Shown here: in pieces, positions 35,569-49,015 of the stretch
Layout: each line of letters starts with the position of its first letter
Position numbering within the stretch: the first letter of the stretch is position 1
Assembly: GCA_051313645.2 (NCBI GenBank)
Contig: JBNRSN020000007.1
Coordinates: forward strand, 237,770,001 to 237,834,000
Direction of reading: 5' to 3'
DNA: 64,000 nt
Source: Centroscyllium fabricii
Taxonomy: Eukaryota
Notes under the pieces: generated by a model
What the model was told of the DNA's origin: nothing
What the model saw: only the letters and a program-made list of their open reading frames with translations
The model's database searches: none
Program-made: the position numbers and the translations under genes

Positions 35569-36399
35569 GGCGTCAATTTTCCCATAGGTGTGGGGAATTG
35601 GCGGGTTTCGGGCGGGTCAGGTTTCTGACCCGAATGTTGAAGGGCCTGGGAGCCTCACGCAATTTTGCCTTAATTGGCCAATGAATTCCCCACGTGTGGG
35701 AGCCCTTGCCACTGGACTGTTTTCAGTCAGAAAGCCGGCGGGGTGCCGACTGTTTAAAGAGCAGAGCCCCAAAGCCTTCTAAAACCACAGCCCTTCATTG
35801 ATTGACAGTTGCAGTTAGTTTCACACTAGATAGTAAAAGTCCTTTGTGACATCACAAAGCCTTCTGAAACCAAAGCCCTTCACTGACACATGCAGTTTTT
35901 TTCAATGGCTGCCTGCTCCAGCAGACCCATATCAGTGAGAGCTACTGAGGAGCTATCTGTCAAACTTCAAAAATCAGCTGCAAGGTAAGTTTGTGGAAGC
36001 TTTTTTCCCCACTGATCTTGTACGCCCTAGGGATACAGTTAGCCCTCGTGCAACCTGGTGCCCAGGGACGACTTCTGCTACAGCTGAATGAATGCCTACC
36101 ATTGACTTTCAGCTGATAGTCAGCAAGCCAATTGTGTCCACACCAGGTTTCACCGGCGGGGTTTCAGGCTGGTGGGTTATGGGTGGGGAACACCTGAGAA
36201 TACCAAGGGCCCCTTAAAATGGCATTATACATGCCAATTAAGGGTCCTTAATGAGCCTAATGACCAAGATTCGGGGCGAGTAGACACGGCGGCGGGAAAT
36301 TGGGAAGTGGCAGGGGTGGTCGGGACCCCCCCCGGTTTTGTTTTTTTGCGCCCATCCCCGCCAAAAAGCCCGCCTGACGGCTCACTGAAAATTGACGCC
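35569..36399. mobile_element. Harbinger-type MITE related to the Myb-bearing element at 50559-52708
   Basis: TIRs GGCGTCAATTTT / AAAATTGACGCC; both subterminal arms align with 50559-50710 and 52390-52708. Confidence 0.82.
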
Positions 36400-37132
36400 A
36401 ATGTGTCCAATTACTGCAGAGCAGCAATCACGAAGGCAAATAAAATGCTGAACTATATAGCAAGAACTGTAGAGTACAAGTTGGAGGAAGTCATTCTCAA
36501 ACTGTAAAATGCTTTGGCTAGATCACATCTCCAATGCAGCTCAGACCTGGTCAATGTATTAAGTTTATATTTCTGTGGGTTTCTCTGCACTTCCCATTCC
36601 CAATCCTGCTGCCATTGCTTGCACCATTCCTCTTGCCCCCACATCTTGTTCTACTACGCCTTCAATCTTCTGCTCCTTCCACTGCTGCAGTAAATAATAT
36701 TCAAGCCCTGGACATGGTTCAGAGAAGAGTCGAAGAATGATCCTTGGAGTTAGGGCATTGAGTTATGAGGAAAGACTTAAGAAACTTGGATTTATTTTAA
36801 GTTTTTAAAGGATGTAACGATGAAGTGATCTTATAGAGATAAATAAAAAAGATACATCTAGAACACCACCATACATTAAACAACCATGACCATAGGACAA
36901 GGGACACATAATGTAAAGTTAGAGCTTAATAAATTCTTCTTTACACAAAGAGTGACCAATAAATGGTATAGGCTTCTGGTTAGCTTGAAAAAAATGGAGT
37001 GGCCTGATTGTTTTTGTGGGAGGGTAGCTGTAGGGTTTTTCTGGATATGTAAACTAGAATAGGATTTATTTTCTGTAACTTGTGTGCCTGGGGTTATCTC
37101 TGTAAGAAATGTGTTTTTTTCTATTTCCACAG

Positions 37133-37223
37133 AAATGGGCTTACATGGTAGCAGCCATGGTGATCGGGAGCCTTTACTTTCTCTGTTCAATGATTCTGCT
37201 ACTTGGAGTAAAGGAGCACATAA
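37133..37223 (+). CDS. MFSD2A-like: MFSD2-family exon (KWAYMVAAMVIGSLYFLCSMILLLGVKEHI)
   Basis: ttccacag acceptor, gtaagt donor, 91 nt; homologous to MFSD2A QKAYLLAA...LGVRE. Confidence 0.94.
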
Positions 37224-38225
37224 GTAAGTGGCTGGGGTGAGATCGCTGCACTGAGATGTGGAAATAACATGAGGCACACCAAACCAAGTTTATCCCTCAT
37301 TGTGCTAACATTCTTAGCTGCCATCTGGAGTCTGGTGTTGTGGAGCTTTCTTTACTTTTACTCTTTTACTTTCCCAAATGTTTCCATTTTTCTTTCCATC
37401 CTCTCATTAAGCATCGATTCCCACTGGGGCCCACAACCCCCCAATACCTTATGCAAGTGGCCATTTTTCATATGTCAGCCCAGACTGAGCGCTGGCAGAG
37501 GTTTTGACTGTGGGGAATATCCCAGCCAAGCCGGAATTTTCATATCACTTGATGTCCACACAGATGCGCTTTCTCGTAAAGGTCACTGGATGGTGATCAG
37601 GAGCAGAAACGTGGGCTAATTTACCCCTTTGTAGCTCCGGGACACCGGGGATAACTTTTAAAAATATTAATTCTCGGGATATAGACTTCTCTGGCAAGGC
37701 CAGTGTTTATTGCCCTTGAGTAGGTGGTGGTGGGCCTTCTTGAACTGATGCAGTCCAGCTTAGTGCCCTAACTGAGATCAACTATCTTGATGCAGGCTAT
37801 GCCAATTGTTCTGAACAGTCCTTAGCTGGATATTTTACTTTATATTGATTTGTTCTACTCCCCGCCCCCTACACATGCGAATGCCACCACTGACCTCGTG
37901 CACCAACGCTCAACAAGAAGCTGGGAAAGCTTCCCCACTCTCCCCATAGAGTGCTGTTTCTGTACCATTTTATTTCTCAAATTTGCCAGACAGCCATCCT
38001 AAAATAAGACTGGTTCAATGCCAAACAGTCACTGTGATGATGGTGACAACCAGACTCTTATCTTTGCACATCATTCTAACAAGATAACAGGGTGTCTCAA
38101 TAATAATAATACAGACCGATATTAGCATTTTCTTTGTAATCTGGATGCTGTATGGATGGTTCCTGTAAGTAGGCCACTTGAGCTAACGGCAACTTTGCTC
38201 AAAGCTTCAAGTCCTTTTATAAGTA

Positions 38226-38692
38226 CAGGTTGAGCACCGGTAATCCGGCACCCTCGGGACCATGACGGTGCCGGACCATTGAAAATTGCGAACCACTGAA
38301 GAACAGTCCAACTGGCCGCAGTGCGCCGGTAGAACACTCCAACTGGCCGCAGCACGCTGCTAGAACAGTCCAACTGGCTGCAGCGCGCGGCTAGAACAGT
38401 CCCAAGTGGCCGCAGCGCGCGGCTAGAACAGTCCAAGTGGCCGCAGCGCACGGGTAGAACAGTCCAAGGACCACTGAAGATGCCGGACGGAGCTCGTGGG
38501 AAGAGCACTCCACGGGGCCGGAGCGCGTGGGTGGAACACTCCCCGTGAGGGAGCCCGGGGATAGAACACCTAAAGTACCAGCAAACCAGACCGGGAAACG
38601 CTGCTGCCACCGAGCGGCTGCTCGGCAAATGGAAGACCACCACTTTGATTTCTGCCGGACCATCGGGTGCCAGTTTGCCGGTGCCCAACCTG
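38226..38692. mobile_element. Tigger/pogo-type MITE with an internal 30-nt tandem array
   Basis: TIRs CAGGTTGAGCACCGG / CCGGTGCCCAACCTG and TA TSD; about 6 copies of TAGAACAGTCCAACTGGCCGCAGCGC at 38300-38470. Confidence 0.9.
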
Positions 38693-38951
38693 TATAAGAT
38701 TTGGACAGATGTGCTGGGTGAGCTGCCACATACCACTGATCAATTACAACATTAAAATATTTTTCTAAATATAACTAGAATTTGAAAATGGATAATTTGG
38801 CTTGTTGCAGAGGTCTAACAGATTAGATTGGGCAGGTTTAACTTTTACACATTGTATGATTCAGATATCTTCAGGTGCTTGACTGAGCCATTTAGTTGCA
38901 CAGGGAGCACATTATGTGCATATTGATTGGCTGTTTTTGTGATTATTGCAG

Positions 38952-39073
38952 GTTGTTTTGCTCCTAAAGATCATTTCCACGTGTCATATCTAACAGGCCT
39001 GAAGCTGGTAATGAGTCACAGGCCGTACCTGAGCCTGACCTTTGGCTTTCTGTTTATCTCATTGGCTTTTCAG
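38952..39073 (+). CDS. MFSD2A-like: MFSD2-family exon ((S)CFAPKDHFHVSYLTGLKLVMSHRPYLSLTFGFLFISLAFQ)
   Basis: ttgcag acceptor, gtaacg donor, 122 nt; GLxLVMSHxPY..GFLFxSLAF motif. Confidence 0.95.
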
Positions 39074-39886
39074 GTAACGAACAAGTAAAAAATGTTGCAG
39101 TTTATTTATTGATAACATAAATTGTCATCAGGACTTTTGCATTTTTGCATCATTTATAAACATAAGAACCTGGAAAACCTGTTACCCAGCGTTCACTAAA
39201 TACGACTGGCACAAAGAAAATCAAGGCGACAAAAAGTCAACAGTAATGCTTCCAAATAAATTTTACAGCCTTGAATTCCCCTCCTGACTCAGTTCATAAA
39301 TCCACCATGTAGTCTGGTGCTACATAATGCAGACCAGGGAGGCTCCAGGTTCTACCTGTGCTGAATTAACTGATCTCCAAGGTGATGGTAGGAGCACTAG
39401 TTCCTCAGCGTCCTTGGGTTAGGAAGATGAACATTATCCAGCGTTTCCTTTTCCTTATTGCTATCTCGTGACCTTTGCAGGAAAGTGCATTGATCAACTG
39501 GGTGAGGACAGAATTGAATTCAGCAGTGATGCCACCCTTGTTCACCCCTCCCCCATGAACGAGTAGCCTGTTGACACTTTGTCTAGGCTCATATATGAAG
39601 ATTGGCCATTTGGGCAAGGTGCTGGAGGGCTGGTAGCACCAGTGTCCTCACAAGAGTTGGCGCTGAGCCAAAAATCAAACCTGATTGTGTGTACACCTGG
39701 GGCATTGAGCATTCCCTCTGGGACATGAGTGTTTGCATTTGGGCTTTGCGTTCAGTTGGGCTTTGCGTTCAGTTGAGCTTTGCGTTTAATCAGGAAAACA
39801 CTTTGCATGAGTCTATTAAATATGGTCTATTTGTATTAAAATCTTATGAACATAACGCTTCTTCTCCCCATTACTTTCCCGCACAG

Positions 39887-39970
39887 CTCGTCCAGAATAA
39901 CTTTGCTCTGTTTTGCACCCATGCTGCTGGTTTGGGCGATCACTTTCAACACATCATCTTTGTGATTCTG
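39887..39970 (+). CDS. MFSD2A-like: MFSD2-family exon (LVQNNFALFCTHAAGLGDHFQHIIFVIL)
   Basis: gcacag acceptor, gtaggt donor, 84 nt; homologous to MFSD2A LVEGNFVLFCTY...FQN. Confidence 0.93.
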
Positions 39971-40822
39971 GTAGGTAAATGAATTCACTTCCCTGCATCT
40001 TATTTTCTCAAGGAAACTTCAGTGAATAATTTGGTAAATATACTTCTGTTAAAACATATTTAAACCTCTTCCATTTTGTGCCCAATTTAAAGTTCCTTTT
40101 CTTACCTGCCTACATATTATGGGCATTTGTTTCTTTGTTACTTGATTAGATATTTTGATCTCATGTATTTATCGTGCATCTGAAGATGTGCAGGGTTACA
40201 TTGTGCGAGTATCAAAACCCATAGCAACTGGACAACTTCAGTCCAAGTTTATCTAAGAATCATCCACATATACACTCGATTTGTAGAAGTTTACATTTGT
40301 TTCACATGTCAAAACTGACATTGGTGTTTCTTGAATTAGTTAAGTGATCCTCCACTCGGTAACCTTCCCATTTCAGTTGTGGAAAGGCATATTGTAGAGT
40401 CTTCTAGGTCTCCATATAGAGGGCAGGTACTCTTCGCAAATCTTCCAAACCTATTCCACAGCAGCGGTTCCTGAATTTTCAGATTAGGTTCTCTGGAAGT
40501 CACCATGCGTCGCACAAGAAGACCCAGTTTGGGAGAACGTAGCATAGAATAAGGAAAAATCATCATGATCAAAAAAACTCTCAAATCATACATAATATCA
40601 AGTGGTAACTATTTAGAGGCATAAGACTATTTGTTTGACACAACTTTTCCCCTTTCTAGTTATTCGGCCTCACCTCTGTGGATTCTGCACCATGGTAGAG
40701 TTTATAGGAATGTACATCTAAGCTTTGTATTCAAGTTTTTAAAAGGATTTTCCATTGCATTCATTCAAACCTTCACATGCACATGAATAGATCCAAATAA
40801 GAGAAAGGGGATACAGGACTAT

Positions 40823-41670
40823 GGGCCAGATTTTGCAATAAGAATAACAGTGAGGCTGTTGGCGCTCACTGTTATAATGGGACAAATAGGACAGCAACTT
40901 CTGGCATCCACACACGCGCAGTTAAACGTGGAAATCCGGAAGTTACTAATCCGGAAGTTACTGTCAGAGATACCCCGCTCCTCCACAGGAAGTGCTGTTG
41001 CTGTCCTCACGATAGACTTGGCATTGAAATAAATGCAATGGCATGAACTTGGGGTACTTTCCCACTAGTTCCACACTAAAGACGGCAGAAAATGTTAAGG
41101 CTGGTGCACTGAGGAGTAAGTGAGCTTTTAACAGTGTGATAAGTGATAATTACTGACAAACAAACTCACTGGCCCTAAAAAAATAATTTTACAAGTGTGG
41201 AGTCTCATTCCCTCAGAAGATAATTAGATTTTAAAAAAATGAATTGAAACAATTTTATTGGATTTTCTGTCTGTCTCTTTTATATATCTCTCTTAATCCC
41301 ATCTGTATTTCCCAATATTTAGTTTGCTTTCTGTACATGATTGAAATCTAATTCATATTTCCTGCTTCACTACACTTTGTACATGTATAATGATGTATGT
41401 GACAAATAAAGTAAACTTGAAGAACTTGAACTATACTTCCTAGTTTAGACTTTGCATGTCTCAGTGTCTCAATCTGATTAGTTGAAGAGCCTTGCTGTTT
41501 CTTGCCCTGCATACAAATGGCACAGATGCCCTATACAGGGTGCCGCACTGGACCAGATGCCGGATTAGAGCAAGTCACCACTCTAAAGCCCTCTCAAAGT
41601 TTTGTGAGCAGCTGCGAGCGAGGTGAACGGCAAGCGCCTTTCCTTCGCCGCTGAACGCACAATCCGGGCC
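40823..41670. mobile_element. Older Harbinger-type MITE
   Basis: Imperfect TIRs GGGCCAGATTTTGC / ACAATCCGGGCC; GC-rich arms with an AT-rich core. Confidence 0.6.
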
Positions 41671-42271
41671 AATGTCCTTTTGAGTTTGGTGTCCCACAGT
41701 GGCAATGTTTGGATATGGTTTGCCACTGCACATGACGTCTGATCTTTAAATAACATTACAGAGTGTTCATTCACTTTTCTGGTCTGTTGTTCCACATCAA
41801 CAGTAAATGCTTCCAGTTTTACTTAATTTAGTCCTTTCACTGCCCAGTCACGTTTCAGTAACTTGAAGCTTAACAACTTTTTAGAAGCAAACCTTCTCTC
41901 CATGTTCCTTGGCTCCAACTACCATTCTCTCTACAGAAACACATCAAATTACCCATTTGAACAGGTGTGATCACATGTTCCTTACAGTCCCATTGTGTAT
42001 TGCATGCTAATCCTTTCCTTGTGTTTCATTTCTGTTGCTTCACAGCAGCAGTAATTGCTTCCAACTCCCTTAATTTGCTTGTTTCATGGTCAAATCACAT
42101 TTCAGTCATTTAAAACGTTACCAATTAAATTTAAAAAAATCCTGCCACCTGACCATGTCCTCCAGTCAGACTTCTCCCTTAGTCCTCACCATATGAATAA
42201 ATATCACTTATATTCAAGCTTCCACATGCACATGCATAGATGTCATCTGCATTAATTAAGGAAGGCCAGCA

Positions 42272-42520
42272 CATAGAAACATAGAAGATAGGAGCAGGAG
42301 TAGGCCATTCGGCCCTTCGAGCCTGCGCTGCCATTCAATGAGATCATGGCTGATCATCCAAACCCAGTACCCCGTCCCTGCCTTGTCCCCATATCCCTCG
42401 ATCCCCATCGAGCCTGCACCGACACATATCCCACCCTATCCCCGTAACCCCACACATTCAATCCCCCTAACACTAAGGGTAAATTTTATCATGGCCAATC
42501 AACCTAACCCGCACATCTTT
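42272..42520 (-). mobile_element. 5'-truncated HE1-like V-SINE
   Basis: High identity to 17334-17565. Confidence 0.85.
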
Positions 42521-42752
42521 CGACAGATTTGTTAAAGGCAAATCGCGTTTAACTAATTGATCGGGTTTTTTGATGAGGTAACAGAGGGTTGATGAGGGCA
42601 ATGCGGTTAATGTGGTGTACATGGACTACCAAAAGGCATTTGATAAAGTATCACATAATAGGCTTCCCAGCAAAGTTGAAGCCCATGGAATAAAAGGGAC
42701 AGCAGCAGCATGGATGCAACATTGGCTAAGTGACAGGAAACAGAGAGTAGTG

Positions 42753-45700
42753 TGTTGCATTTGCAGGGTGAAATCAATGGCAGACTCTCAAACTGAACTC
42801 AAGTAGATTTTAATGGTGTCCGACTAAACTCACAGACCAAAGCAATCGAATACCTATCACAAGCACAGACAAAAGCAATCGAGTACATATCACAGATTTC
42901 AGACATAACATAACAATAACATTTCTTCCCCCCTCACAGAATTTCAAACGTGAAATGTAGTGACAAAGTCCTGTAGGTGGCCATGGCAAGAACGTGTATG
43001 AACAGGCCGAGATGGGGACTGGTGAGGAGCTGGCCGATGTGGGGACTGGTGAGGAGTAGGCCGAGGTGGGGACTGGTGAGGAGTAGGCCGAGGTGCAATA
43101 TCTGCTTGAGGGTTGGCTGGCTGAGCCACCACATGTGCATCCCGCCAATCTGGGGGTAAGGCTTGGGGGTGAGATCCATGTAAACCTGCATCAGGGGGTG
43201 CTGGCACCTTCTGAAGGCAGTTGGCATGCCACCGGGAGCCGTCAGTAAGGCAGAAAGTGGCCGGTCCAAGTTGGCGGCTGATTTGGAGAGGGGAGGACCA
43301 GAATGAGGCCATTTTATTGTTGCGGTGAGGCCTGCGGACTCTGACCCAATCAGAGACTGAGATGTTGGGCGCCTTGGCCCTCATTGACTGGTCAAAGCGG
43401 AATTTCATCTTCTCCTGCTGCCTGGCGACTGTGGCTTGAGCCCATGGAGCAGGGCTCTGAGCTAGCGAGGGGCGGAGCCTGTCAAGGGGCAACATGAGCT
43501 CACGGCCTAGCATGAGGGATGCGGGTGAGACCCCTGTAGTGGAATGCTGGGAGGCTCTATAGTGCAGCAGTGTGTGGAGGAGGGCCTTGTCAAACGCACA
43601 CCCCTGGGATAGGTGTGCTCTGAGGCCATTTTTCAGTGTCTGGTTAAAACGCTCCCCCCACCCCCCCCCCCCCCCCCCTCCCCGCCATTTGATTGGGGGT
43701 GGTAGTACGCTGTGCATATGTGACGGATGCCCTTGTTCTCGAGGTAGGAGGAGAGTTCCAAAGAGACCATTTGGGGGCCATTGTCTGTGGTGATGGCCTT
43801 TGGATGCCCCCAGCAGGAAAAGAGTGACTCAAGGATATCGATGATGACCCGAGAGGTAACGGAGCCCACGGCAGTGACCTCTTGGCCATTTTGAGTGCAG
43901 GTCATAGGTCACCACTCTGAACTGTTGATGGTGGGGGACACCATGGATCTCCCCACAGATGTCCAGCTGCAGGTGCTCCCAGGGCTGAGAGGGCCAGGCA
44001 AGGGGTTGCAGGGGTGGAGGAGCTTGGTGGCCAGTCTTGCCACTTACAAGGCAGGCTGCACAGTCCTTGACCAGGGCCTTGATTTCCCTGTCGATATCTG
44101 GACACCGCACTAGGTCTCGGCATCGTTGTTTGAGCTTCACTATGCCCAAGTGGCTCTCGTGTGCCGTGGATAAAACACGCGCACGAAGGGCACTTGGGAC
44201 CACAGTGCAGAGCCCACGTGCGACACAGGAGTCATTCCAGCAGGAGAGCTCCTGTTTCACTCTGGAGTAGGCAGACAGTTCCTCAGGCACCTTGCGAGGC
44301 CAGCCATCCCTGATGAAGGTGCCTGGGAGAGGGCCGGATCCTGTTCAGAGGCCTCTTTGAGCTCCTGGAGAGAGACTGTGGTCTGGAGAGGCGTGTGCAG
44401 CATCTGTATAATATCTTGCTCCACATGTTCAAAACCGACGAGTGGGGCTGGGGCAGAGACAGTGTGGGAGAGCAGATCTGCAACAACATTGTCACGTCCT
44501 GGCGTGAAATGGAGACTGAAGTTGCATTGGCGGAGGCGATCAGACCAGCGGTGCAGACGCAGTGGTCTGTGGCCCGTGCCGGATGTCGACAGCAGGGCAG
44601 TGAGAGCCTGATGATCGGTTCGCAGGGTGAATGCACGGCGATACTTGTACAGGTGCCAACCGCTCACGTGCCCAGACGCACGCCCGCACCTCACGCTCGC
44701 CTACTGAGTACTTCTGTTCAGTGGGGCGAAGGGCTCGGGAGGCAAAGGCGATTGGTTTCTCCACTCCATTCTGTATCTGCGATAACACTGCCTCCACAGC
44801 TGCAACGGATGCTGTGAATGGTATCTACTTTTGACTGGAGTGGGGATATGCCGACAGCCAAAACCCCACAAACTTGATCTCTGAAACCACAAAGACACAC
44901 TTTTCGCCATTCAGTGTGAGCTTGTGTTTTGCTAGAGCAGTGAAAACTCTGAAGGCGTTCATCGTGAGTGGAGGTCGAGGGCCCATGCATGACGATGTCA
45001 TCAAGGTAGATGGTCACCCCAGGAATGCCCGCGAACACACAGGACATCACCTTTTGGATGATGCCAGCTTCCAATAGTTATTTTAGTTCAGCGGTGACCC
45101 TGTCACGGAGAGCAAGTGGGATGCGGCGCAGTGGCTGAATAACCGGGGTAACGGTGGAGTCAACCATGGGCTGGTGGGTGAAGGCAGTCAGGCAGCCCAG
45201 ACCCTCGAAGAGTACTGGCCATGTTTGGCGCCACGGTGAGGCAACGTGCAGAATCGCAGACCCGCCGGTGTCCGAGAGAAAAACCCAAGTCAGTGAAAAG
45301 ATCCAGTCCCATCAGGTTAACTCCATGGCGTGCCACATGAAAACAAAAATCTGGCAAAACTTTTGTTCCATAGCATTTCGTGAGATTGACTGAGCCCACT
45401 AGGTCAATTTTTGAATTACCATACCCGCAGAGGGCCGTGGAGGGCGCAGAGAGTGGCAGGGAACTGAAAATTTGTTTGCATGTGTCCACATTCAGCAGAG
45501 ACACTGGCACCGGTATCAAACAACAGAAGAATTCACACATCATCCAGGCATGACTTGAAAGCCACTACTGGCCCAGAGTTCACGTTGTGAATTATAGTGC
45601 TTGAGGACCGAGAGTGTTCATTTGTAGCAACAGGGGCAGATGTTGGCAAAGTGAATTTGTTTTCCACAATTGCGACAGGCTTGGCCGCGCGCGGGGCAAT

Positions 45701-47062
45701 TCTGCGCTCTGGTAGCATGTGAACACGATCCACAGTTTCCACACTGTTGCCGCGGTAGCGCACATTGCTGCCGTCGCGCGAGCATTACAGTGGCAGAACT
45801 GTCGGGGCCGAGGGCGCTGTCACTGGGTGTGTGTGGCTGAGCCGTTCAGAGTGGAAGGGGGCATTGGAGAAACCGCTCACTGGATGTCCCACCAGCCTCG
45901 CTGCACATTCGGCTGCAGACTCCACTTGCAAGGCAATGTTAACTGCTTGTGACAACAGATCGTCTGACTCGAGTAACAGTCTTTCACGCACTCTCACATT
46001 GTCGGTGTGCTCTATTAGTTGATCACGCACCATCTCGTCTTGTAGTGCACCAAACTTGCAGGAGCTAGCTATCTCCCTCAAATTAGTCACATACTGATGC
46101 ACAGACTCGCCGGGGAGTTGGTGACGCTGTCTAAAAATGAATCACCTGAGGAGGGCACTTTGTGGGGCAGCGAAGTGTGTCTTTAACAGCGCCACAGCCG
46201 CATCATAGGTTTGTATTGAGTCTGCTGTCCATAATGTCCCAAGAATATGCTGGCCCTCCGCTCCCAAGCAATGGGATGACCGTGCTGCACTCACATCGTC
46301 TAGGCCAAGAGCGATGAGGTAGGTTTCAAAGGACTGTAACCAGCGAACCCATGGGATCGGGGGCTCACCGGGTAGTGCCAGGAAGGGAGGAGGTGGTGGA
46401 AGAGAAATTTCAGCCATCCTTGTCGTCAGTGTTGCGTTTGCAGGGTGAAATCAATGGCAGACTCTCAAACTGAACTCGAGTAGATTTTAATGGTGTTCGA
46501 CTAATCTCCCAGACCAAAGCAATCGAATACCTATCACAATCACAGACAAAAGCAATCGAGTACATATCACCGATTTCAGACATAACAACAATAACTTTGT
46601 GTACTTGAATGTGTAACCTCTTCACGGCTCTTTAGATATATGTGAGATGTGCACTCTGTTATATGCAGTATTCTATAGTCCAGTAAGGAGGTCACTACTA
46701 CAATGGCTTAATTCTAATTATCTTACTTTATAGTTTTAACATCAAACAGTATAAGAAGATTACAGGTCAATGAACTAAATTAGACATTTGTATACATTGT
46801 TTATGATGTACATTTCCCATTTACATGGATTCAAAGGAGAATCTGTCCCTGTGTCCAAATTTGAGTGCACTCTAGAATTTGTTCAATTAACATTAACACA
46901 ACCTATATCAGTCCTCTTTCGTTGGCACGCTTAAGTTGGAGCTCATGGTATGTATAATGTCTGCAAAACTTATGACTCCGAACCCCTTCGTTGAATTCTC
47001 TTCACGATCACTGGATCCCACTGAGTTCTGGATGCAGAGCACTCCGCAGCAGCTGGAGTTGG

Positions 47063-47096
<34 letters not shown>

Positions 47097-47655
47097 GCTG
47101 TTCCAAGTAGATCCCCATCAGCTCAAGGCAAGCAGCTCTCCCCAGACCTCTGCCTTGCAAATCTGGGTTCAGACGACGATCCCCCGGTACTGGTGACTTG
47201 CAGCCGGCCAGTTCAGGATGCAGTGCTACTAATAAGAAGGGCAGCGGCCGAGTTTGGAAGCCCGGGACAGGATGCGGCAGCCATTTGCCCCCTGAGCCCT
47301 CTTTTGAGTGCTCCTGCCCTCTCCTATTCCAGTTTGTGTCTCCAGCTCTGGCCGTTGTCTCTCCGCCCCCAAAATGTAACCTCAAGGGTCACATGGGGCC
47401 TGTTTTTCCCGCCAAAAACAGGTCAGCTGTCCTAGGGTTGCTGCTAGAGACTGCGCAGCCTAACTGTTTGCAACATTGTGTTCTTAACAGTTCTTGCTGT
47501 ACCTTCACATTGGCAACTTTAACCCAGGCATTTATAACAATGATAATACAGTGTCTAAGTTAAAGATTTATAACATAACATAAATATATTTATAACATAA
47601 CATTTCCAGTGGGTATTACAAATGCAACACTGTAACCCAGTGTGCAGACACAACA
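42753..47655 (-). mobile_element. Degenerate Gypsy (Mag-like) LTR retrotransposon inserted in a CR1
   Basis: LTR copies at 42753-42921 and from 46430; TSD TAGTG/TAATG; minus-strand PBS-like TGACGACAAGG and PPT at 42922-42935; gag (GEPPIPW, DEMVRDQLIE), RT (IYLDD), RH (YSVGERE), IN (HESHLG, TDNGPQ), all frameshifted. Confidence 0.9.
46612..47620. mobile_element. Probable solo LTR inserted into the 5' LTR of the Gypsy element
   Basis: TGTAAC...ATTACA termini, 4-bp TSD AATG (46608-46611, 47621-47624), internal (CT)n. Confidence 0.7.
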
Positions 47656-47659
47656 TAAT

Positions 47660-48660
47660 GGCGAGCGGTTGCTTTTCAGACTGGAGGAAGGTATGCAGTG
47701 ATATTCCCTGGGACCACTGCTTTTCTTGATATATATTAATGACTTGGACACTGGATGTACAGGGCACAATTTCAAAATTTGCAGATGACACAAAATTTGG
47801 AAGTATAGTGAACAGTGAGGAGGATAGTGCTAGTGAAAGACTTCAAGAAGACATAGACAGGCTGGTGAAATGGGTGGATACATGGCAAATGAAATTTAAT
47901 GCAGAAAAGTGTGCAGTGATAAATTTTGGGAGGAAGAATGAGGAGAGAGGCAATATAAACTAAAGGGTACAATTCTAAAGCAGGTGCAGGAACAGAGAGA
48001 CCTGGGGGTATATGTGCACAAATCGTTGAAGGTGACAGGGCAGGTTGAGAAAGCTGTTAAAAAGCATATGGGATACTGGGATTCATAAATAGAGGCATGG
48101 AGTACAAAAGCAAGGAAGTTATGATGAGCCTTTATAAAACATTGGTTCAGCCTCAACTGGGCACCGCACTTTAGGAAGGATGCAAAGGCCTTAGAGAGGG
48201 TGCAGAAAAGATTTACGAGAATGATTCCAGGGCTGAGGGACTTTAGACTAGAGAAGCTGGGGTTGTTCTCCTTCGAGCAGAGGTTGAGAGGAGATTTTAT
48301 AGAGGTGTTCAAAATCATGATGGGTCTAGACAGAATAGACAGAGAGAAACTGTTCCCATTGGCTGAAGGGTCGAGAACCAGAGGACACAGATTTAAGGTA
48401 ATTGGCAAAGGAACCAAAAGCGACATGAGGACAAACTTTTTTATGCAGTGAGTGGTTAGAATCTGGAATGCACTGCCTGAAAGGGTGGTGGAGGCAAACT
48501 CAATCATGGCTTTCAAAAGGGAATTGGATAATTACCTGAAGGAAATAAAATTGCAGTGCTACAGGGGAGTGGGAGTAACTGAAGTGCTCTTGCAGAGAGC
48601 CAGCACTGGCTCAATGGGCCAAATAACCTTCTGTGATGTAACCATTCTATGATTCTATTA
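47660..48660 (+). mobile_element. CR1 3' half continuing 42520-42752
   Basis: [18 protein letters not shown], (CTATGATT) tail. Confidence 0.85.
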
Positions 48661-49015
48661 TTTGCAATTGTTGCAAAAGGGTCTGATAACCTTCATTACA
48701 GAATGTTTCGTTGGAGATTATCCAACAATGTGCAGCTTACAAAAGGCCTTTTATTTGTCCAATTAACACGGAAATAAGATTTACTAAACCCGTGTAGCCC
48801 TTGCGTCTGTCCCTTTTTTAAAAAATCACACTTTTACATTCTTTTCAGTTATCTCATCGTATTACTCAGCCCCACCTATCCAGCCTCTCACCATATCCCT
48901 CAATCCCTTCTGTCTCCACAAGTGTATCCAGTTGTCTTTTGAACCCATTCATGTGGTCTACTTCAATGGCCTCGCTTGGGAACATAAGAACATATGAACA
49001 TTAGGAGCAGGAACA

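Noticed and set aside
38300-38470. 30-nt repeat array resembling CRISPR
   Set aside because: Head-to-tail repeats without unique spacers inside a TA-flanked MITE; eukaryotic context and no cas genes.
40336-40593. 85-aa antisense ORF
   Set aside because: No recognisable homology; cannot be supported without a search.
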